Positions 18,594-27,429 of a stretch of DNA of 64,000 bases are shown here, in pieces; the stretch's first letter is position 1, and each line of letters opens with the position of its first letter. Under the pieces are notes generated by a model, which made no database searches, was not told the origin of the DNA, and saw nothing but the letters and a program-made list of their open reading frames with translations. Source of the stretch: an uncultured Gammaproteobacteria bacterium (GTDB lineage: Bacteria; Patescibacteriota; Microgenomatia; Levybacterales; GWA1-39-11). Made by a program: the position numbers and the translations under genes. The DNA lies in assembly GCA_964511965.1 (NCBI GenBank), contig CAZEGF010000008.1, positions 3,497 through 67,496 of the forward strand, in the 5' to 3' direction.

Positions 18594-19850
18594 TTAAGCT
18601 TTGTTGCTCTTAACAAAATACCACAGCATGAAGATAAAAACCAGGGCTTCCGAAACTCCTGTGGAAATTGCAGCTGCTTTATAAGAATACACTGGAACAA
18701 AAATAATGTTCAGAATTATATTTAGCAAAAGCGCTCCACCATAAAGAGGAACCAAGAATTTTAATTTGTTGTTAATAACAAAATGCCATTGCAAAAGACT
18801 TGTCATAAAGAAGAAGGGTAGGGATAGAGCAAGAATTTGAAACGGATAAACCGAACGAGAAAAATCACTTTTGATAACTGACAACAGTGGTGCACAAAAG
18901 AATGCGGTAAATGCTATTCCTAAAGAAAGAAAAATAAAAAGTGAAGAATAGCGTTTGATTAAAGGAATATAAGTTCTTGGATTTTTGCTTTCTTTAAGAA
19001 GTAATGGATAAACACTGTTTGCGAGGTATGCAGGGAATGCTAAAAGTATCTCAAAGAATTTATAAGAAATTCCATAGACCCCAACATCTAGATTGGGTTT
19101 ATAAATGGAAAGTATAAAGATGTCAGCTTTCGCATAGAGAAGATTGAAGAAAAGCATCATTCCAAGAGGAAGGGACGCAATAATTATATTCTTAGAGAAT
19201 GATTTAAAATTGGAGGTTTTTCCAATAGCAAGTTTGTATTTTTTCTTCATGACTAAAAAAAGCACAGAAACAAGAACTGATCCGGAAACAATATATGAGA
19301 ATAGGAGAAGTGATAGATTTTTTTGCGTCGATGCAAAGATCACAAGAATAAGTAAAACTGCTGAAGAGAGCAAACTTGGAAGTAGGGAAACGTAATAAGA
19401 AAGTTTTCGTTGTAAAAATGCCTGGAGAGACATGTTTATTCCAATAACAACAAGAGTGAGAGAGTAGATGGCAATTCCATATTTTTCAAAATCAGTAAAA
19501 CCGGTACCGGCAAGTTTGTTCTCCGGAAGAAGTTGTGACAGAAAAATTATAATTGGGATTAGGAGAAAAGAGAAAAGAATACGAAGAATTATTAGGTTCC
19601 CAAAATACCTACCGGTATTTCCATAATGTTCTTTGATAAATATGGTATTCAATCCAAAATCCAAAATTAAATAAAAGATCGAAACAAAAGCTACTATTTT
19701 TGTAAAACTACCAAGCGTTTCGTATCCGGCAAAATATGCAATAAGAAGGGTAGCGACAAGTGTAGGAATGCTTGTTGATATTCTGATGAGAAATTGAATA
19801 AGAGTATTTAGAGAAACGGACTTTAATTCGAGTCCCGAAAAAGCTTTCAT
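18594..19850 (-). CDS. Polysaccharide / lipid-linked oligosaccharide flippase (MOP superfamily, Wzx/MurJ-like)
   Basis: 418 aa with 12-14 TM helices and no soluble domain. Typical MOP flippase architecture. Confidence 0.55.
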   Translation of the reverse strand: MKAFSGLELKSVSLNTLIQFLIRISTSIPTLVATLLIAYFAGYETLGSFTKIVAFVSIFYLILDFGLNTIFIKEHYGNTGRYFGNLIILRILFSFLLIPIIIFLSQLLPENKLAGTGFTDFEKYGIAIYSLTLVVIGINMSLQAFLQRKLSYYVSLLPSLLSSAVLLILVIFASTQKNLSLLLFSYIVSGSVLVSVLFLVMKKKYKLAIGKTSNFKSFSKNIIIASLPLGMMLFFNLLYAKADIFILSIYKPNLDVGVYGISYKFFEILLAFPAYLANSVYPLLLKESKNPRTYIPLIKRYSSLFIFLSLGIAFTAFFCAPLLSVIKSDFSRSVYPFQILALSLPFFFMTSLLQWHFVINNKLKFLVPLYGGALLLNIILNIIFVPVYSYKAAAISTGVSEALVFIFMLWYFVKSNKA

Positions 19851-19881
19851 AAAGAAAGTATATCGGGGTATTCAGAAGTTA

Positions 19882-20484
19882 TCAACGCTTGGTAACTTCA
19901 ACGAGCGGGTTATGTTCTGAAGGTAAAATTGGCAAAGGTCTAAACGGTTCAAAGAGGCTTTGTAATGCTGTAAAATTATAATGAGGTTTGTTTTCTCTAA
20001 TATATTTTGCGGCTTTGTACGTATCGACTAATCTCTTATGCTCCTCTCCTGAAAAAAAATGAGTCAATTCCCCAAGTCGAAAAGTTTGAGTTAGCGCTAT
20101 ATCATCATAGTATTCATTATTTTCACCCCTCAGGCGAGTAGTAGTCACGGTGAAAGATGCAGTCAATTCCTGACCAGCAGCATCCCTTCCTGTAAAGCTA
20201 AACAAATCTGCAACTTCTCCGCAAGTTAGAGTTGCAAAACCTAAGCTGTTATCGTCTCGATTGTCTTGTAATACATATAAGGAACTATCATCATCAAGAA
20301 ACTCGTGAATAATTGTACCAAAAGGCTCAGCATCTATTTGAAATCGTGAATCGTGGAATAATTGTATTTCGTGAATTCCTTCAGGGGTTCTTGTATCAAC
20401 GGTTTTCCCCATTGCATAAAAGCGCTCCTTTGGGCAAACGGAAGCTGGATCTAAATTAGAAGGATTGGGATATTCCCCTGCCAT
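19882..20484 (-). CDS. Hypothetical protein (200 aa, acidic, no recognisable motif, GC slightly above background)
   Basis: Intact ORF with good coding texture. I recognise no family. Confidence 0.4.
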   Translation of the reverse strand: MAGEYPNPSNLDPASVCPKERFYAMGKTVDTRTPEGIHEIQLFHDSRFQIDAEPFGTIIHEFLDDDSSLYVLQDNRDDNSLGFATLTCGEVADLFSFTGRDAAGQELTASFTVTTTRLRGENNEYYDDIALTQTFRLGELTHFFSGEEHKRLVDTYKAAKYIRENKPHYNFTALQSLFEPFRPLPILPSEHNPLVEVTKR

Positions 20485-20594
20485 TTTGCAATCAATAAAC
20501 TAACCACAATGTAACAAATTATAAAAAGAGGTGCAATGAGTCTAACTGTATCAGTTTGTTGAAGCTAACTTAGCCTCATGGTACAATCGGTTGA

Positions 20595-22700
20595 ATGGAC
20601 AAAGTATACGACCATACAAAAGTTGAAGATGCCTTATATCGAGAGTGGGAAGAAAAGGGGTATTTTAAACCAGAGGTAAACTCTGAAGGAGAACCGTATT
20701 CAATAATTCTACCCCCTCCAAACGCCAACGCGCCTCTACACTTCGGTCACGCAATGTATGTAATCGAAGACATACTTATCCGGTATCACCGCATGCGTGG
20801 ATTTAAAACCCTTTGGGAACCCGGAGCAGACCATGCCGGTTTTGAAACGCAATTTGTTTTCGAGAAAAAATTAGCAGAGCAGGGGAAGAGTAGATTCGAT
20901 TTTGATCGGGAAACACTGTACCAGATGATTTTAGAATTTGTGCAGGGGAATAGGCCTGTCATGGAAGGGCAATTAAGGAAATTAGGTTTTTCTCTTGATT
21001 GGTCGCGAAAAAAACTCACTATAGACCCCGAAATTGTAGCAATTGTATACAAAAACTTTAAAAAACTGTACGACGACGGATTGGCATATAGAGCAAAGCG
21101 ATTAGTTAACTATTGTACGTTTGATGGAACTTCTTTTTCAGACCTGGAGGTTATTCATGAAGAGAGACAAAGTCCACTGTATTACATAAAGTACGGGCCA
21201 CTTGTTTTAGCAACAACCAGACCTGAGACGAAATTCGGAGATACAGCAGTTGCAGTCAATCCTAACGATGAACGATATAAGAAATATGTTGGAACGGAGT
21301 TGGATATAGAAACCGTTTTGGGAAAATCAAAAATAAAAGTAGTTGCAGATGAAATGGTTGATATGGAATTTGGAACCGGAGTTGTAAAAATTACCCCGGC
21401 GCATGACTTTAATGATTTTGATGTTGCTAAAAGACACGATCTTCCTCTCAAGCAAGTAATCGGGTTTGATGGAAGGATGATGGAGGAGGCTGGAGAATTT
21501 GCGGGTCTTTATGTTAAGCAAGCAAGAAAAGCAGTCGTTGAGAAGATGCAGGAAAAAGGTCTTATTGAAAAAATTGATGAGAATTATAATAACAGAGTAG
21601 GACTTTGTTATAAATGTAAAAATGTTTTGGAACCGTTGCCACTTGAGCAATGGTTTATAAAAATGGAGCCACTAGCACGACCCGCTATCGATGCTGTTAA
21701 AAATGGAGACACAAAAATATATCCAGTAAGTTTTGATAAATTGTATTTTCAATTTCTAGAAAACATTCGTGATTGGAATATTAGTAGACAAGTGGTGTGG
21801 GGAATTAGAATACCTGCATGGAAAAATAAAAAGACAGGAGAGTGGATGGTAACAGATGGAAAAGCTCCAGAAGGGGAGGAATGGGAACAGGACAGTGACA
21901 CTTTTGACACATGGTTTTCCTCTTCTCAATGGCCTTTTGCAACTCTCATGACAACTAATGAGAATGATTACGAGACTTTTTATCCGACAAACGTCATGGA
22001 GACGGGGTACGACATTTTACGATGGTGGGTGGCTCGCATGATGATGATGGGATTATATGCAACCGGAAAAGTTCCTTTCAAAAACGTTGTTTTACATGGA
22101 CTTGTGAATGACCCTCTTGGTAAAAAAATGAGTAAATCAAAAGGAAATGTGGTAAATCCTCTTGAGTTGGTTGATCAATATGGGGCAGATGCAGTGAGAT
22201 TTGCCCTCGTGTATGGTACTGCTTTGGGAAATGATCAAGCATTATCTTATCCAAAATTGGAGGCAGCTCGACGTTTTACCAATAAACTCTGGAATATTGC
22301 TCGTTTTGTTGAAATGAAAAGTGAAGCTCTAAATGCGAAATACGAAAACCAAAACATAAAACTTTCTGAACTGAAAGCGTTTGCAAAGAACGAAATAGAT
22401 AAACAGTGGGTAGAAAAGGTTGCATCTCTTGTGTCTGAAGTAAGTAAAAACCTTGAGAATTACCAATTTAATCATGTGACAGAAAAACTATATGAATTTA
22501 TCTGGCATCAATTTGCGGATATATATATTGAAGATGTGAAAAACAGAATTGATGAAAACAGTTTTACGATTCTCAATTCTTTATTCTCAATTCTCAATTC
22601 CATGCTTCATCCGATCATGCCATTTGTTACAGATGAGATCTACAGAAAATTAAATAAGTCCAAGGATTCGATCATGATTTCTGCCTGGCCTTCGAAATAA
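20595..22700 (+). CDS. valS: Valyl-tRNA synthetase, short form lacking the C-terminal coiled coil
   Basis: PPPNANAPLHFGHA (HIGH), KMSKSKGN (KMSKS), editing-domain region, LHPIMPFVTDEIY and the terminal SIMISAWP motif. Ends immediately after the WP motif. An extended -10 TGgTACAAT lies 7 nt before the ATG, which may mean a leaderless mRNA. Confidence 0.8.
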   Translation: MDKVYDHTKVEDALYREWEEKGYFKPEVNSEGEPYSIILPPPNANAPLHFGHAMYVIEDILIRYHRMRGFKTLWEPGADHAGFETQFVFEKKLAEQGKSRFDFDRETLYQMILEFVQGNRPVMEGQLRKLGFSLDWSRKKLTIDPEIVAIVYKNFKKLYDDGLAYRAKRLVNYCTFDGTSFSDLEVIHEERQSPLYYIKYGPLVLATTRPETKFGDTAVAVNPNDERYKKYVGTELDIETVLGKSKIKVVADEMVDMEFGTGVVKITPAHDFNDFDVAKRHDLPLKQVIGFDGRMMEEAGEFAGLYVKQARKAVVEKMQEKGLIEKIDENYNNRVGLCYKCKNVLEPLPLEQWFIKMEPLARPAIDAVKNGDTKIYPVSFDKLYFQFLENIRDWNISRQVVWGIRIPAWKNKKTGEWMVTDGKAPEGEEWEQDSDTFDTWFSSSQWPFATLMTTNENDYETFYPTNVMETGYDILRWWVARMMMMGLYATGKVPFKNVVLHGLVNDPLGKKMSKSKGNVVNPLELVDQYGADAVRFALVYGTALGNDQALSYPKLEAARRFTNKLWNIARFVEMKSEALNAKYENQNIKLSELKAFAKNEIDKQWVEKVASLVSEVSKNLENYQFNHVTEKLYEFIWHQFADIYIEDVKNRIDENSFTILNSLFSILNSMLHPIMPFVTDEIYRKLNKSKDSIMISAWPSK
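22569..22603 (+). repeat. 7-nt tandem repeat (attctca x about 5) in frame inside valS, encoding ILNSLFSILNS
   Basis: Read from the sequence. The same unit family occurs at 49642 and 54340 (reverse complement). Confidence 0.8.
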
Positions 22701-22702
22701 TT

Positions 22703-23176
22703 ATGATGCCTGAAATTATAGTAACAGAGCCTGAAGTTGTTGCCGCTTCCGTTATTTCTGAGGCGCTTTCTCTTCTTGAAGCAGGGCAAGAAGCAGACGT
22801 CCCGTTGTATTCTCATATTGGAAGAGCGGTGGGATTACCCAACAGGCTTCCTGCTAGATATTTTCGGTCTCAAGATAGGAGCTCTGAAATAGGAACATTT
22901 GTAGACAAACTTTTGGATGCGGATGTGGAAAGTCAAGCCGAATATAGCACGGTTGCCATCGGAGAACCTGAGCGGATTACTTACCACTGGCTTGTTGCTT
23001 CCTCGAAAAAACATCCTGGTCTGTTTGCTGTTAGTGAGGTTGCGTTGTTTGGAATAATGAAGGAACCCGTTGCATTAAGAGGAAGCATAATGGTAAGCCC
23101 CCAGAAAGATCTTTCAAATAGTCAAAGTTCGGATTTTAGTTACTTTATAGAGAACGTAATCTGCAAAAGGCAATAA
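22703..23176 (+). CDS. Hypothetical protein (157 aa), GC elevated to about 47%
   Basis: Intact ORF starting 3 nt after the valS stop. No family recognised. Confidence 0.35.
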   Translation: MMPEIIVTEPEVVAASVISEALSLLEAGQEADVPLYSHIGRAVGLPNRLPARYFRSQDRSSEIGTFVDKLLDADVESQAEYSTVAIGEPERITYHWLVASSKKHPGLFAVSEVALFGIMKEPVALRGSIMVSPQKDLSNSQSSDFSYFIENVICKRQ

Positions 23177-23214
23177 TTTTGTTACCACATCATTTCTGAT
23201 ACACTTGAAATACT

Positions 23215-24024
23215 ATGTTTCTGCTTTTTGATATAGGGGGGACAACAACCCGTTTTGCTGTTTCATATACAGGTGACAAGATTGATGATGTAAAACTTTT
23301 TCCGACAAATCATGATTTTGATCAAGCGATGGAACAAATGAAAAGTGTAGCATCGGATTTTGCAAATGGAGAAAAGTACCATGCTGTTGTGGGGGGTGTT
23401 AGATCTTACAACAAAAAAAACGGAACACTTTTTGACCATCCGACAATACCTATGTGGGTGGGGATGCCATTATTAGATAAAATGAAAGAAACATGGGGAG
23501 ATGTATATATAGAAAATGACTGTGTGATGGTAGGACTTGGGGAAGCAGTCCATGGGGCAGGTAAGGACAATAAGATAGTTGCGTATGTGACTCTGTCTAC
23601 GGGAGTTGGTGGATGCCGAATAACCAATGGAAAACCTGATGATACAGATTACAGTTTTGAACCGGGAAACATGTTAATTAATGGACCTGAAGGGCAAGAT
23701 TTCTTGGAAAATATCGTTTCTGGGAGTGCAATTGAGAAAAGATATGGAGTATCTCCCTTTGATCTCACCGATGAAAATGCTTGGGAGGAAATTTCTGAGT
23801 ACGTATCAGTTGGACTTAATAATGTTGCTGTCATGTGGTCCCCTGATATAATTGTTCTTGGTGGGTCTGTGCCACAAAGAATTAACTTTGATAAAGTTAA
23901 TGAATATCTGAAAAAACATTGCAAAATTTATCCCGAAGTACCACTGGTTAAAATGGCTGAAATTGATGAGCAAGGTGGACTTTATGGAGCACTTGCCTAT
24001 ATTCAAAACCTTCCTATGAGGTGA
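23215..24024 (+). CDS. ROK-family sugar kinase (glucokinase-like)
   Basis: N-terminal LFDIGGTTTR (the ROK/actin-fold DxGGT motif) and ENDCVMVGLGE (the ROK ENDxN-AL-GE motif). Confidence 0.7.
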   Translation: MFLLFDIGGTTTRFAVSYTGDKIDDVKLFPTNHDFDQAMEQMKSVASDFANGEKYHAVVGGVRSYNKKNGTLFDHPTIPMWVGMPLLDKMKETWGDVYIENDCVMVGLGEAVHGAGKDNKIVAYVTLSTGVGGCRITNGKPDDTDYSFEPGNMLINGPEGQDFLENIVSGSAIEKRYGVSPFDLTDENAWEEISEYVSVGLNNVAVMWSPDIIVLGGSVPQRINFDKVNEYLKKHCKIYPEVPLVKMAEIDEQGGLYGALAYIQNLPMR

Positions 24025-24667
24025 GGGCAGCTAGTTTTAACAATTTGTTTGGGAATAAAATCGTATAATACCCGGTTTCCCTGCTAATAATTCCATCAAC
24101 AACCAGTTTGTTAATCTCTATACTGGTGGTTTCGCGACTAATTCCGGCTAAATCAGCAATATCCTGCTGGGTAAGTCGAAGAGGTATAACTATTTTTCCG
24201 TTTTCTCCATTTCCAAATCGCTCACCCAATATATGAATGATGGATGATACTTTTTGTGTTGCACTTCCAAAAGCCATTTGTTCCATTCTTTGCATAAGAC
24301 CTCTCATTCGTATTGAAATGTTTTGAGCAATCATAAATTGAACATCCGGATTTTGCTCAAGAAAAAGTAAAAATGATTCACGGTTTTTTTCAAGAATTGA
24401 GCAATCTGTCATAGCTCTGAAAGAATGCCCGTTATGGATCTTATTAAAAATCCAGCTATATGAAAACACATCTTCAGGTTTGAATATGAAAAGAGTAAAT
24501 TCCCGTCCATCATTTGAATTTGCAGAGTCTTTTATATAACCTCTTTTTAAATAGAATGCTGCATTACTATGATCACCAGCACGAAGTACAATTTCGCCTT
24601 TTTTAAAATAACTTGGCCTAGAAGAAGAAAAAAAATTCTTTAATTTCTCTCTTGGAGTTGGATCCAT
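24014..24667 (-). CDS. Crp/Fnr-family transcriptional regulator (cNMP-binding domain + C-terminal HTH)
   Basis: cNMP-binding-like FKKGEIVLRAGD...FYLKRGYIK and HTH QQDIADLAGISRETTSIEINKL. Confidence 0.7.
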   Translation of the reverse strand: MDPTPREKLKNFFSSSRPSYFKKGEIVLRAGDHSNAAFYLKRGYIKDSANSNDGREFTLFIFKPEDVFSYSWIFNKIHNGHSFRAMTDCSILEKNRESFLLFLEQNPDVQFMIAQNISIRMRGLMQRMEQMAFGSATQKVSSIIHILGERFGNGENGKIVIPLRLTQQDIADLAGISRETTSIEINKLVVDGIISRETGYYTILFPNKLLKLAALTS

Positions 24668-24697
24668 TGTCCCGCTGCAGTATAACAGGTAAGAAAA

Positions 24698-24715
24698 GTG
24701 TTAGCAACTTAACAC
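24698..24715. promoter_or_regulatory. Perfect palindrome GTGTTA-N6-TAACAC (Crp/FNR-type geometry) 31 nt upstream of the Crp/Fnr regulator start, in the divergent promoter region
   Basis: Exact inverted repeat read from the sequence. Crp-family sites are two 5-6 bp half-sites separated by N6 (TGTGA-N6-TCACA). Confidence 0.5.
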
Positions 24716-24751
24716 ACATTCTGTAATTTTAATTACTGAACTGGGGAAAAT

Positions 24752-25426
24752 TTGGTGTTATCTTATTTCAGGATGAAAAATAAAGAGTTCTTTTTTAAAG
24801 ATAGATTAACTGATTCTCAAATTGAGAAGTTCAAACTATTTGAAAATGAGGAGCTTATTTTTGCATGTCGCGAGCATTGGTTACCCCTAGTATTTAGACT
24901 TCTACAAACGTTTTTATTAGGTATTTTCATGGCAGCGGCTTGTTCTTCAATATTTATTCTACTCATCCATAATATAGTTCTTGCAGCAAGTGCATTTTTC
25001 CTAGTCATGCTTATTACGGGAATGATATCAGTGAGAGTATTAGTGCATTGGAGTTTTCATATGTATATCGCAACAAATAAACAGATCATAGAAGTTCATT
25101 ATAATCCGTTAATTTCTCACGCTATAAATTCTGTACTTTTAGATCAAATTAGATGCACTGAAATAGATGTTGAGATGTATGGGATAATACCTGAACTATT
25201 AGGAATTGGGAATGTGGAGATAACTTTTGATAGACCAACACACAAAGAAGAATTTATTATTAAAGATATTCGCTCGCCTCGAACAATAGCAAATCTATTG
25301 TCAGCGCAAATTCATCAAGTTGGTAATTCGAATCGTCAACAAACTATCCAGCCTCTTTGGGCTCGAGAACTCAAAACCAATAAATATCGCTTTATAGGCG
25401 ATGTTAATTATGGATATTCAAGCTAA
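24752..25426 (+). CDS. Membrane protein with two TM helices followed by a bacterial-PH-like (YdbS/YdbT-type) domain
   Basis: Architecture only. A paralogous arrangement is seen at 28345..28848. Confidence 0.4.
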   Translation: MVLSYFRMKNKEFFFKDRLTDSQIEKFKLFENEELIFACREHWLPLVFRLLQTFLLGIFMAAACSSIFILLIHNIVLAASAFFLVMLITGMISVRVLVHWSFHMYIATNKQIIEVHYNPLISHAINSVLLDQIRCTEIDVEMYGIIPELLGIGNVEITFDRPTHKEEFIIKDIRSPRTIANLLSAQIHQVGNSNRQQTIQPLWARELKTNKYRFIGDVNYGYSS

Positions 25427-25643
25427 TCTTATGAATGCAATAATTACAACAATTAAAATCATTTTTTTACTAGCAGGAGGAATTATTGCTCTCATACATT
25501 ATTTTCAAATTAAAGAGGCAAATAAAATGGAGAGAAAAATGAGCATAACTCTTCCTGCTGCAGTCCATTTTAGTATGACAGTTCAACTTGTGGTTTCCTT
25601 GATATTTGTTTTTGCCTCAACTATTTATCTTTTTATTTTCTAA
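25401..25643 (+). CDS. Small two-TM membrane protein (hypothetical)
   Basis: Hydrophobic 80-aa ORF. Start uncertain. Confidence 0.3.
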   Translation: MLIMDIQANLMNAIITTIKIIFLLAGGIIALIHYFQIKEANKMERKMSITLPAAVHFSMTVQLVVSLIFVFASTIYLFIF

Positions 25644-25687
25644 TAGTTTGCCTTGAAGTTTGTATAAAATCTCTCTAAAATAGGAGA

Positions 25688-26059
25688 GTGAAAAATTATC
25701 TCCGCAGAATTACCGGGTTATTACCGAAAAATGGACAACTTGCTTATAGATTATCAAGTTTTTTCTTTTTGTTATTTCTAATTTTAGCAGGGATTTTGCT
25801 TCAAACACTCGTGTTTTTGAATGATAAAACAGTATCTGCAAAGCTCCAATTTGAAAGTCGCGGTAAAGATTTTGAATATTGGAGTAGTGTTGCGAAGCAA
25901 TATCCAAGTATCCCGGATGTTTTATATAATGCTTCACTTAGTGCATTAAATGATAATAAGAAAAAAGAAGCTACTGAGTATATTGATAAAGCGTTACAAA
26001 TTGATCCATTATTTAGAAAAGCACAGGAATTAAAAAGTGAAATTAATGAACGTGGGTAA
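25688..26059 (+). CDS. Hypothetical TM-anchored protein with a TPR-like C-terminal region
   Basis: One TM followed by an alpha-helical repeat-like segment. Confidence 0.35.
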   Translation: MKNYLRRITGLLPKNGQLAYRLSSFFFLLFLILAGILLQTLVFLNDKTVSAKLQFESRGKDFEYWSSVAKQYPSIPDVLYNASLSALNDNKKKEATEYIDKALQIDPLFRKAQELKSEINERG

Positions 26060-26063
26060 GTAA

Positions 26064-26777
26064 TTATTCTGATGCTTTTTCAGCATCAGCGGATTCTTCT
26101 TTTGATTCATCCTCTGCTTCGGTAGTTTCTCCTTCAGCTCCTTTTTCCCCTTCTGCGGTTGTTTCTTCTGAAGCAGCTTCAGCTGCGGCTTCTTCTTCAG
26201 CAGCAAGTTCTTCTGCTTCTTCGCTTACGAGTTCAGCGATTCTAAATACCATTTCAGTTGGTTCCGCTAATATTCCAACGCCAGTAGGCGCTTTAAGATC
26301 AGCAATAGTTAGACTGTCATCAATCTGAGAAAGACCTTCGATATTTATTTCAATGTGTTCAGGTAGATCAGCTGGAAGTGCTTCCACCTCAACTTCAGAT
26401 AGTGATTGCAATAAGACTCCAATTTTGTCCGCTACAGCTTTTGGTTCACCAACGCCAACAATTGGAATTGTAGCCTTAACTTTTTCTTTAAGATTTACTT
26501 TGAAGAAATCAGCATGAAGAGGAGTATGTGTAATTGGTTGAATATGTATATTTTGTATAAGAACAGGATGTGTTTCATTACCAACTGTAAGATCTACAAG
26601 ACCAGTCTCATGAACTTGGTTGTATACTTTTTGAAAGTCTTTTAAAGGGAGTTGTAGGGAAGTTGACTTAATTCCCTTTCCAAACATATTGGCAGGAAGT
26701 ATCCCTTCACGTCTTAAAAACTTCACTTTTTTACCTGTAATTGTCCTTTTTTCTGCCGTTAATGCTTCTCTTTTCAT
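26064..26777 (-). CDS. rplY: 50S ribosomal protein L25 / general stress protein Ctc, with acidic Glu/Ala-rich C-terminal tail
   Basis: N-terminus MKREALTAEKRTITGKKVKFLRREGILPANMFGKG is canonical L25/Ctc. Confidence 0.8.
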   Translation of the reverse strand: MKREALTAEKRTITGKKVKFLRREGILPANMFGKGIKSTSLQLPLKDFQKVYNQVHETGLVDLTVGNETHPVLIQNIHIQPITHTPLHADFFKVNLKEKVKATIPIVGVGEPKAVADKIGVLLQSLSEVEVEALPADLPEHIEINIEGLSQIDDSLTIADLKAPTGVGILAEPTEMVFRIAELVSEEAEELAAEEEAAAEAASEETTAEGEKGAEGETTEAEDESKEESADAEKASE

Positions 26778-26921
26778 ATTTGACTATTCTACTAAAGGAA
26801 GCTTGAAAACACAAGTGCACTCATTGCATTTGAACCTAGCAAAAGGTATAATACTACAACTACGCGGGGTAGTGTACGGCTGCACAGGAGGCTCATAATC
26901 TCCTAGATAAGGTTCAACTCC

Positions 26922-27045
26922 TTACTCCGCAACAAAATTCGAAGAATTTTGGGGAGGAGCAAACTCTGTTTACTCCGCAACACATTCGGCAAGCTCAGTG
27001 TCAGGAGCAAGATTTTCTTACTCCGCAACAAAATTAGAAAAACAA
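26922..27045. repeat. Roughly 48-bp tandem repeat, about 2.5 copies (core (c/t)ttactccgcaaca(a/c)a(a/t)t at 26922, 26971 and 27019)
   Basis: Read from the sequence. Inter-core segments share ggagcaa, so this is a degenerate tandem repeat rather than repeat-spacer units. Confidence 0.7.
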
Positions 27046-27384
27046 TCTCCACCATTGTTCCCAATTGGGTGAATTATCAATTTGTATTTCCACTGACTTT
27101 TTATCAATTTGGGGTGGAGCAAGTACGATATGTTCTCCAGGCTTTACCATCCCAAGCTTTTCTCTTGCTTCATTTTCAACAAATTGCTGCGTATTTACAA
27201 AATAGAGCTGTTGTTTTAAAAATTGCTTTTTTTGCTTCTCTTCTTGCTCTTTTGCTTTTAAAGTAGTTACTATACGACTATTTTGCCTCAAAGTTAGAAT
27301 TGACCCAATTATATTCCTAATAATTAAGAGTAAGGATAATGCAATAAAAGTTAGGATTATGGTTTTTGTGTTGACAACGCGCAT
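27034..27384 (-). CDS. ftsB: Septum-formation initiator FtsB/DivIC family
   Basis: N-terminal TM, coiled coil, and the conserved EAREKLGMVKPGE motif. Confidence 0.7.
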   Translation of the reverse strand: MRVVNTKTIILTFIALSLLLIIRNIIGSILTLRQNSRIVTTLKAKEQEEKQKKQFLKQQLYFVNTQQFVENEAREKLGMVKPGEHIVLAPPQIDKKSVEIQIDNSPNWEQWWRLFF

Positions 27385-27429
27385 GTTTACTGATATTATA
27401 GGCTCAAATTAAATTTAGGAACAAGGCTT

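Noticed and set aside
22703-23176. Possibility that the 157-aa ORF is a displaced ValS C-terminal fragment (it ends ...HPGLFAVSEVALFGIMKEPVALRGSIMVSPQKD, loosely echoing the ValS HP..PF.TE..W / SIM..WP motifs)
   Set aside because: The resemblance is too weak to call by eye, and the region has no coiled-coil character. It is kept only as a hypothetical ORF.
26922-27045. CRISPR-like mini-array (three roughly 19-bp repeats with roughly 29-bp spacers)
   Set aside because: The 'spacers' are similar to each other (shared ggagcaa), the repeats are short and degenerate, and there are no cas genes. It is a 48-bp tandem repeat, not CRISPR.
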